Below, piece after piece: positions 54,002 through 64,000 of a stretch of 64,000 nucleotides of DNA. The DNA is from Salpingoeca rosetta. Lineage: Eukaryota > Protista > Choanoflagellata. The notes under the pieces are model-generated. The model ran no database searches. It saw nothing but the letters and a program-made list of their open reading frames with translations, and was not told the DNA's origin. How positions within the stretch are numbered: the stretch's first letter is position 1; each line of letters opens with the position of its first letter. The stretch is taken from the NCBI GenBank assembly GCA_033442325.1, contig JAWQFM010000017.1:316451-380450 (forward strand), in the 5' to 3' direction. The position numbers were made by a program, and so were the translations under genes.

Positions 54002-57000
54002 ATGCGTCTGCCACAGCCACAGCCACCACCGCCGCAGCGAGCACACAAGGCCTTGAGCTGTGTCCATGATGGTGGCGCAGGGGAGCGCACGCGGGCTCCA
54101 GCGAGGCGGCAGCGTCGACGCACTGTGCTGCCTGCCACTCACACGAGCAGCGTTGGCGGCGGGCGCGCGGGTTCGGCGCTTGCCACCTTGTTCTTCTTCC
54201 TGCTCACGTCCTCGGCCATGCTCGTGCCGTTGACGGTGCTGGTGTGTCCTGGCAGCGCCGATGCTGCGCCCGTACCGGCCGCGAGTCCGCTGCGTGCGCG
54301 CCTTGTGCTGCCTGCCAACACCCCTCTCCTTCGCCACGACATACACCGCCGTGCAGCCAACGACACCACAACCACAACCACAGTGAATGCGACCACAACA
54401 ACAACCACAACTGCAGCGAATGCAACAACAGCGGTGTTCACCACCACCACCACCACAACAACAACTACAACAACAGCAACCACAACAACAACCACTGCGA
54501 CAACCACAACAACAGTGACTACAGCAAACAACACGACCACCAAGACTGTGGTCAACCCAGCTGCGTCCTCCCCATCTTCATCAACAGCACACAACGCAAC
54601 AACAACAGCAACGAGCGAACCCACACCGACAGCTGGGCCAACACGTGGCTCTGGCACCGACAAGGAGCCATGGTACGAGGAGTACCTCTACTACATGATA
54701 GGGGCCGGCGCGCTGATTGTCATCCTTGTCATTGTGACCGTCGTGCTGTGCTGCTGCGGATGCAGTCGCTGCTGTTCGTGCTGCCGCAACAGCAACTGCT
54801 GCTGCTATTGCTGGTCAGGCGCCAAGCAACCCTCCTCCTCCTCCTCTTCCTCCTCCTCATCGTCAACAAAGGCCCAGCCGTCATCATTAACCAAGATAGC
54901 GTCCACGAGAGATGGCGCATGCAAAGTGAGGGTGGACCGGGGTTTGGCTTTTGACAGCGACGCAGAGGCGCTTGAGCTGCAGTTGACGCGGCACCACCAG
55001 CTGCTGGCCGACCCGATGTTGGCACGTGCGCACCTGAAGGGCTACGAGCACCCGCCCCCGCTGTACGAACAGCTCATGGAGATGATCGACGAGCCATACT
55101 TTCGCAAGTTTCCTCGATCAAACCTCACGGTGCGTGCGTGTTTGTATTTGTTTCTGTGTATGCGTGTGTGTGTGTGTGTTTTTGTGTGCGTGCGTTTGTG
55201 TGTGTGTGTTTGTGTGTGCGTGCGTTTGTGTGTGTGTTTACATGGTTCGTATTTGTTTTTTGTTTTTCTCTCTCTCTCTCTCTTTATGTGTGTGTGTGTT
55301 CCTTGTGTTTGCACGCCATTCCCTCCACCACCACGTATGGGCACCTCCCCATAATCAACTCACACGTCCCCCCCCCTAATCACATTCCCCCACCTGCCAA
55401 CTTCGCTCTCCCCCACCTGCGCAGGTGCTTGAGAGCATTGCATCGGGCCACTTTACACAGACGCACCGCGCGCTATTGCGCAACATTGACGGCGACACGG
55501 CACCTCTTTCCGTGGACATGAAGACAGCACTCAGTGACATCGGCAGAACGAAGCTGCTGCAGGAGGCTGTGATTGCAGCCCAGTTTACGCACCGCAACGT
55601 GCTTGCGCTTGTTGGCGTAGCACCTGATTCGCCCCATGGGTTTGCGGCGGTGTACGAGCACGTGGAGAAGGGCCCGCTGGACCGCTACCTGCGCATGTCC
55701 AGCGAGAGTACGTCGCTCCCACGCAAGGTGCGTCCAATGGTGATGATTGGTGATTGGTGATGATGCCTTGGATGGATGGCATGTTCGTTGAGGGGTTATG
55801 GCTGTCTGTTGTTGATTTGGGTTTTGGTTCGCTCACACCAGCCCAAACTCCTGCCCCGTCCTGTTTCTTCCTTATCTCCAGGTCCAGATGATGTGCGACG
55901 TTGTTGCCGGCATGCGCTACTTGGCTCACCACTCCTTTGTCGTAGGGGTGAGTACCCTGCTGCGTGTGTATGTGCGTGCGTGCATTCTTGTGTAAATGCG
56001 CGCGTGTGCGTGTGCGTGTGTGTGCATTCTTGTGTGTGTGTGTGCTTGTGTGCCAAGCACTTTCCATTTTCACGTGCCTCCAACTCCCTCCCATTTCTCC
56101 AACCTCACCACCACCACCACCACCATCGCCACGACTGTTGCCCGCTGTGCACAGGATCTGACTGCCCAGCACGTGGTGGTTGACATTGACTGCACGTGCA
56201 AGATTGGTGGCTTTGGTGTCACGCGTGATGTCTCAGACACATCCAACACGGCAACCGACCTGCGCATACGCTGGGCAGCACGCGAGCTGCTACCACCAGC
56301 GGAGGTGGTGGCGACGCTTGCGTGGCGGCGGTCTGGTGACAGCGGACTCGATGTCCCCCTCCACGTCATTGCAGCGCAGGCACACACCGTGCAGTACACC
56401 CAGGATGCTACAACACGTGCGTCTTCAGTTGTGTGTGTGTGCGGTTACTTGTGTGGTGGCATTAGTGTGTGCTTTTGTGTGTGGTTGCTTGTGTGGTGAG
56501 AGTGAGTGTGTTTGTGTGTGTGTTTGTGTGTGTGTGTGTGTGCATGCCCATGCGATTGCTTGTTGCACGCCACACCAAGCCATGTCCTCTCTGGCAACTC
56601 ACACGTGCGTTGTCATGACACGATGCCAGGATGACGGACGTGTGGGCGTTTGGGGTTGTGCTGTGGGAGATTATGTCGCGTGGGGAGCGTCCCTTTGGGC
56701 AGATGACCGACAGCAAGATTGTCGCCGCCGTGCACAGGGGCGAGCGCCTGCACCCGCCCATCCAGTGCCCCGTCGATATCTACAGGTCTGCACAGCATAG
56801 CGTGCCGTGGCTTTGGTCTTGGATTGTACTTGTGGATCGTACTTGTCCTGTCTCATCTACAATTCGCACACACGCACACACACACACACAGACAATACAC
56901 AGACACACACAGACACAGACACAGACACAGACACAGACACAGACACAGACACACACAGACACACACAGGCACAGACACAGACACATACACAGACACAGAC

Positions 57001-57770
57001 ACAGACACAGACACAGACACAGACACGCTCGCTCACCCCCACCACCCCCATTCCACCACCCCTGCGCCTCGTCTCTCCATATGCGTGTGCGCGTGTGTGT
57101 CAGGGTGATGATTGAGTGCTGGCATCCTGATCCGCTTCGCCGTCCGTCCTTCGACGCCCTCGCCGCCACGCTCGAGAGCATACGCACCGTTGTCGGCGAT
57201 CCAGAGACAACCGAGGAGACGAACATCGACGCTGCGGTTGCTGCTGCTGCTGCTGCTGGTGGTGGTGGTGGTGGTGGTGGTGGTGTGACGAATGCGTCCA
57301 CTGCTGCCCCTGGTGCTGCTGTTGGTGCAGTGTCATCGACAGCTGCTGCCACCGTCAACACCAGCACCGGCAACAGCCGCACCACCACGCCATCTTCCAC
57401 CACTGCAATAGCAGCTGCTACTGGCTCATCAAGCAGAGGCGACAGGGCAGGCGGGGCGACCACCACCACGAGTTCATCCACTCTGACAGGTGTTGGCGGT
57501 GGTGTTTGGACTGCGCACGCGCCGGAGTTGTCGCGATCTGCGAGCGATGACAGCAAGGGCGCACGGGAGAAGGAGCTCGCTGCACTTCAGGTGGGCTCTT
57601 CTTGTCGTGATTGTGTTGGTTTGTGTGCACGTGAGAGGCCCCCGGGGAGGGGAGGGGTTACGGTCGTTTTGCTATCCCTTCTTTCCGTGCGATGTGTGTG
57701 CGAAACACACACATACACATGCATTCACACACATACATACACACGCACTCACATACACATGCATTCACAT

Positions 57771-57834
<64 letters not shown>

Positions 57835-60800
57835 CATCATCATCATCATCAAACAGCGGTCGTACGTGGGCATGGCAGTACCGCCGTCGACAACAGCACA
57901 AGTGGTAGCGTCGCTGGCAAAGGAGATCGCGCGTCGCGGCTCGGACGAGCTTGCAGGCAAATCGGCAGCAACGTCCGGAATCGAGTCCATGGCCGTCTCG
58001 GACGACACAAAGGTGCCGCATGCATACACTCTGTGCGCGTGCTTGTGCACGTGTTTGTTGTTGGAGTTTTGGGTGCATGCTTGTGTGTGTGTGTGTGTGT
58101 GCATTTGCGTGGACGCATGTGGCTTGTGGCCGATGTGCTCGTCACATCATACCGTGCGTTGGCTCGATTGCCACATGTCACACACCGTAACTCACAGCAC
58201 ACTTCACTGCGCACGACCACACAACCAGGCGTCGAGCCAGGCGGCTGCACGGTCGTCAGAGGTGTCCAAGACAGCACCGCGGCGCCTCTCGTCCTCAACC
58301 ACTGCGCCCCAAGTACGCACACGCACACGCACACTCACACGCACACTCACACGCACACGCACACGCACACGCACACGCACACGCGCACGCACACGCACAC
58401 GCACACGCACACGCACACGCACACGCACACGCACACGCACACGGCGTTTGTGGTTGCATCTATTTGCGTGCGTGCTTTCTGCTTGCACCTGCATGTACGT
58501 ATATGTGCGAACCGTATGCACTTTCATTATGCTCACAACCATGTCCACCACCCATTCCGTCCCCGTTGTCTTTTTTGCCTGCAGGTGTCTTCGCCACTCG
58601 CCCGGCGCAAACCGGCCTTCACGAAACTTTTTGATCCACGTGAGTGTGCGGACGCGTGTTATTTGTGGATTGTTGCAACACCAATGCCGTCAAATGTGCC
58701 GTTGTGCACCCACGTGTCACCTCCTCACGTGTCACACCTCCCCTTTGCCTCATGCCGCCCACTATCTCTTTGAACGTTCATTGGCCCACTCAATTTTTGC
58801 GCTCACACGCTCGTTATCCTTCCACCACGTCACCACACCCTGACTATTCACCCCCTTCCAATGACAGCTGGTGCCGGCAAAGACAGCGAGGGCAACGATA
58901 GTGTTGAGGATGTGTTCACGAGCAAGACCGGCAAGGACACGAGTGCTGGTGTACCCATGGCGAAGGAGCCCAACAACTATCTCGAGATTATGCCCCACGA
59001 TGTCAACCAGACCTTCCCTCGCATGAAGCCAAGTCAGTTACCATGGCCGTACTCGTGAACACGTGTGTGTGTCTTTGTTCTCGTGCTTGTTCTTGCAGTT
59101 GTTTGGTCTCGTGCTTGTTGTGTGTTTTGTTTGTTCTTGCGCTTGTTTGTTTGTGTGCGTGTTTGTTTGTTCCGCACTGGTATCGGCAACACTACCTGCA
59201 TGTTGCTCACCTCCATGCTCATCCTCCTGCCGCCTCTTCACACTCTTGTCACGCCACTCTTTCTTATCCCTGTTTTGTTTTTCTCGCTCGGTACAGGTGT
59301 ACAGCAGCGCGCCCGCGACAGGGACAGCGACGGCGACAAGCACAGCGACGAAGACGATGCGTACCAGGTGCGTGGCGCCAGCGGACCTTGCACATGTGTT
59401 TGTGTGTGTTTGTGTGTTTTGTGTGTTTGCTCAAACCCCCATTTTCTCGACGCTGTTGTCGATTTGCTTCCACCACCGCCATTCCAATCACCACGGCTCA
59501 CCTCTTATCCCCTCCCCTCTCCTCAAAACCGATGACGCCACGACTACCAGCCCGAGCAGCTTGGCGAGCAGAACAAGGCCGTGTCGACACCAACGCTGTC
59601 CGGGCGGCGCTCCATTGCCCGCCGCCTTCTCGCCTCTGCTGCCTCATCAGCCAGCACGCACGCTGCTGCTGCCGCGGACACAGCAGGAGAGGCAACAGAT
59701 GCAACAACTGGTGCACCAGCACTGGCGATACCGTCGTCACCGGGAACAACAACGACAGCATCGACGACAACGTCAACCACGATGCTGCCGTCGAGTCCGC
59801 TCACGCCGCTGCTCACCACGCCCGCCACCCGTGTTGGCCGCTACACCAACCGCGATGGCGATGATGGGGATGATGGGGATGATGGGGATGATGGTGATGT
59901 AGGGAGTGATGGCCGCTGCATTGCCCACCGCCCCCGCGGCCGCGTTGCACCCGGGGACGTGTTCATTACCACCACCAACGACGACGATGACGAGGGTGAG
60001 GGCGATGGCGGCGGTGGCCTGGACGAGAGCACGGCTGCGCTGCTGCCCCACTCGTCGTCGCCACCCGATTCCCCGCGCAAGACCGCGATGAGCCTGGCGC
60101 TTGAAGGGGTGAAGCGATCGCCCCAGCACCGCGTCGAGGGTCCACCACAGCGGCCCAAGAGCGAACACTTTCCAAGCGGCAGCGGCAGCGGTGGCGGTGG
60201 TGGTGGCGGTGGTGACCATCGGCCACACATCCCACCGCTCGTGCCCTATCAGACCATCCGTCCCCACGCCAAGGCGGCAACGATGGCTGCAACAACAGCA
60301 ACAGCAACAGCAACAGGAACAACAGCCACGACACCGCCACGGTCGTTCCTGCACCGGCAGCGGAGCGGGGAGACGGCCGAGGACGTGCAGGCGGCATTTG
60401 AGGCAGCAGTGGCAGCAGCGGCGGCACTCGACGAGGGCATGACACACTCCAATGCATCCGCCACCACGAACAGCAATGCAACAGCAGCGACAACGGCAGC
60501 ACCAGCAGCAGCGGTTGGCGTGGGGTCGTCGCTGTCGAGAACGACTGCTGGTTCGCCGCACCATTCCCATCGCCAGCACTTGCACCCGCACCGCCACTCG
60601 CACCACTCGCACCACTCGCACCACTCGCACCACTCGCACCACCACCCACACACACCCGTGCATGTTGGCCCACAGCCACACGCCCACGCCCACCTTCACG
60701 CCCACGGCACTGCGCAGACACAGGGGTACTATGCTCCGTTTGCTGGGAGTCCCGGCAGCACGAGCCGCCGCAGCAGCACGGGCAGTGGCGCCCCGCGGAG

Positions 60801-62493
60801 CAGGCTTGGTAGCGGGCACGTCGTGTCTGGACGGCGGGTGGTCAAGCGAACACTTACACTCTCGGGTGCAGCGAAGACGGATGGTGGCGGTGATGGGAAC
60901 AAGGCAGAGGTGAACCAGGACAGTCCTGTCGACACTGGCGACGACAACGACAACGACAACGATGGCGATGGCGACGGCGCCAGTGATGCCGCTGTCGGTT
61001 GTGGTGAGGATGGGAAGGGCGCAAAGAAGCGAGCGACGCCGCCCGAGCGCCGGACGCACCACCGCCGGCCCCTCCACCACCGCCTCCGCTACTTCTGGGA
61101 CCGCAGTGGCAACAGCAACAGCAGCAGCAGCAGTGGTGGCACACGCACGCAGGCTGCGTCAGGCACACAGCACCAGAAGGAGCAGCAAGATGACGGCAGC
61201 ACCAATGGAGCAGCAATTGTTGAGGAAGAAGTGCAGGTTACAGCGGACCGCTCGCCTGCTGATCATGACCGTGGTGACGATGATGATGATGATGGACGCG
61301 GCGGTGGTGGGGAGGAGGACGTGAACGAGCACGACATGTCGCTCATGTCTGAGGCGGAGCGAGCACCACCGGGTGAGGAGCTTGAGGTGATGGATCGCAT
61401 GCACAACCGCGCCCCGCTCGTGCCGCAGCGCAGCGTCGACTCTGCAGAAAGCGTACACAGCATCCCAGCACACGCTGCCGGTGCGCACACGGCGCTGCGC
61501 TTTGCAGACTTGCCTTCCATTGCTCGCGCTGATGGCCACCACCCGCATCATCACCAGCAACAGCAGCAGCATGGAACCTCGCCGCTTCCCCTGTTTAGTA
61601 CAGGGCCTGCCTCGTCTCACCCGGCCACCCCGCCGTTTGTGTCGCTGCCGCCACCACCGTCGCCGCCACCAGCGACAGGCACGACGGCAGGTGCACGCAC
61701 CCGTGCATCCCCATCATCACCATCATCACCATCATCACCGTCATCACCATCGCGTCTGTCACCATCACTGCAAGCGCCCGTGGCTGGTGAGAGCAGTGCT
61801 GCCGTGCTGCCAGACAAGAACGACACGACGCGCGGTCGCGGGTTCATCTTCTCGCGTATCCGCCAGTTTGCGACATCGCTGGGCGGGCACCGCAGTGAGG
61901 GCGAATTTGTTCCCGAGCCCGACGCCGACGCCGGCGCCATTGTGGAGGCGTGGGCCCCTGCTGCGCAGACACCACCACGGCCAACTGCAGCAACAGCGGG
62001 CACAGCAACAGCAGCAACGACAGCACCAGGTGCGGCTGTTGCCCTGCCGTCGTCGTCGTCGTCGTCGTCAGCCCGCCAACACGACGCCCATCGGCACCAG
62101 CAGCATCAGCGCGTGTTTGAAGAGCAGCCGTTCACGTCCTCACCGCTGGTGCGAGCGTCGCCGTCGCGCGCATCATCGTCGTCACTCACCATCCTGCGTC
62201 GCCAGGGCAACGTGAGCGCACCGCTGCACCACCAGCACCACCACCACGGCCATGATGGTGGTGATGGTAGGGGCAGCAGCCACCAGGACGGACACGTTGG
62301 CGGTGAGCACCGGCAGTTGTGGAGTGTGCCGTCAGCACACGCACGCCGTGGCCAAGGCGGCGATGGTGATGGAACTGGCACCTTCATTGCCGATAGCAGT
62401 GGAAGTGGAAGTGGAAGTGGTGGTCATGGTGATGTGTCACCGCGCCCGTCCTCGCCGCCACCAGGCGTGCTCCCAGGATCAGCAATGCCGTGA
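54002..62493 (+). CDS. Single-pass receptor tyrosine kinase-like protein (Eph-like kinase fold, predicted pseudokinase) with mucin-like ectodomain and very long disordered tail
   Basis: Hydrophobic leader, Thr-rich N-glycosylated stalk, TM YYMIGAGALIVILVIVTVVL and a Cys cluster. Kinase exons 55425-55727, 55882-55927, 56155-~56416, 56630-56785 and 57103 onward give QEAVIAAQFTHRNV, GPLDRYLR, DVWAFGVVLWEIMSRGERPF and CWHPDPLRRPSF. Downstream exons appear to join the 59550-62493 exon. The start and 3' linkage are inferred. Confidence 0.75.
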
Positions 62494-62502
62494 CGGCCAT
62501 TC

Positions 62503-62557
<55 letters not shown>

Positions 62558-63342
62558 TGTGTGTTTGTGTGTGTGTGTGTGTGTGTTTGGATTCATCCAT
62601 CTCTCCTTTTCGCACAGGTTTGAGCAACTGTGTTGCCGCTTGAGTGAATGTCATGTGTTCATGTTTGTGCGTTTATGGCTACGTGTTGGTGTTGGTGTGA
62701 GAGGTTGTGCATACATACGTTTGCTGTTGCAGTTTGTGTTACGTGTGCTTCTTATTGTTGTTGTCACTTGCTACTCTGTTGGCGTGACCTTAGCTGCCCG
62801 ATACTAGACGCACTTTATCTCCAGCAGTGCACGCACTCTTGTACATACACATACCCATGTGCACTGTCTGTTGTTCATTTTCCATCTCCCCTTCCCCCCT
62901 TCCCCCCGTTCCCCCCTCAAGACCTGCGCTGCTGTGTGATTGATTGCTTGGCTCAAAACTAGAACGAGCCAGCTGTTACCTCTCCCTTCAATACACAGAA
63001 CAAACAACAGAGAACAGACAACAGAGAACAGACAACAGACAACAGACAACAAACAACAGAGAACAAACAACGTGCACGTGTCGCTGTCAAGGGGAGTGGG
63101 GGGTCGAGTGAGGGGCAGCGTTGGGTACGGGCTGTCACATCACGACGCGTCATGCCATGGGCGCGTGTGTGCATGTGATTGTCGTTGCCATTCGCATGTT
63201 GGTCGTTGTATTGTCATTGTGTGTAACGCATGACTTGAATGCACGGTGCTGGAACATGTGCACAGCAACGACTGAGCGATAGCACCACGCTAAGATGGGC
63301 ATGCAGAATACGATTAGGCGAGAAAGGCAGCTTGTGTGCGTG

Positions 63343-63903
63343 TCATGCGAGGACCCAGTGTCCCTCTGGGTGGAGGAAGCCGACGGCGACGAGGATGGCA
63401 TCAACCATTGACCAGACAGCGAGCCCGCCAAACGACAGCAGCTTGAACACCCCATATCCAATGTCGCCCAGGTAGAACCGATCAGCACCAAACCCGCCAA
63501 GCGTGGCGCTGCACAGAGGGAGGAGGTGATGTAGGAGGTGGGGGGAACGAAGGGAGGTGATACGGGTTTGATGGATGGTGACGCGTGTGAGTAAGGATAG
63601 GCGAGGAAGGGAGAGGAAGAAGCAGGTTTGTGGGTGTGCGCAATGTGTGCAAGTTGTGCGTTGTGGGTGCAGGAGTGGTGGGTGTGGTCGCCTGACCTGT
63701 AGAGGAATGCTGAGGACCACACTTTCCCCGACGACCAATTGCACTTGCGGTTCTTTGAGAACTCCCGCGCGCCTGTTCGAGCAGCATGCAAGAGGGGGGG
63801 GGGAATCATAAACGTGTGAGTATGTGTGTATGTGTGTATGTGTGTGTGTCAGAGGAGCGACAGGCTTGGAACAGCCCTTACACCACATCCGAACACACAC
63901 ACA

Positions 63904-63980
<77 letters not shown>

Positions 63981-64000
63981 CCAGGCAGAGTGTGTTTGGA
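63343..64000 (-). CDS. TM2D3: TM2 domain-containing protein (TM2D3/almondex-like), 3' exons only
   Basis: Exons 63772-63697 and 63508-63343: FSKNRKCNWSSGKVWSSAFLY|SATLGGFGADRFYLG..GYGVFKLLSFGGLAVWSMVDAILVAVGFLHP. Confidence 0.85.

Overview
Eukaryotic, intron-dense, GC-rich, microsatellite-laden DNA with (CA/GT)n, (GA)n, (CAGA)n and (GTT)n tracts in almost every intron, plus three 100-N scaffold gaps. The style and gene content suggest a choanoflagellate such as Salpingoeca rosetta (inference). About 16 protein-coding genes can be assembled by hand, 14 of them spliced: a UBL-UBL-PUB-STI1-UIM protein, a KCTD-type BTB-SPRY protein, a UBL/TMEM272-like membrane protein, a PDZ-SH2 protein, a neurabin/spinophilin-like scaffold, a probably mitochondrial LysRS, bL35m, LIN37, STRAP, PUS3, CFAP144/FAM183, cytosolic MetRS, Ran, VMP1, an Eph-like receptor tyrosine pseudokinase and TM2D3 (partial). 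Most short ORFs in the six-frame track are artefacts of microsatellites. The standout anomaly is a ~480-bp high-complexity, TA-rich, repeat-free segment (about 25831-26312) that splits a (CA)n tract in a LysRS intron. It has an 8-bp terminal inverted complement and several possible stems, and is a candidate foreign insertion, mobile element or intron-hosted structured RNA. Exon boundaries and family assignments come from manual translation and remembered motifs, not from searches.
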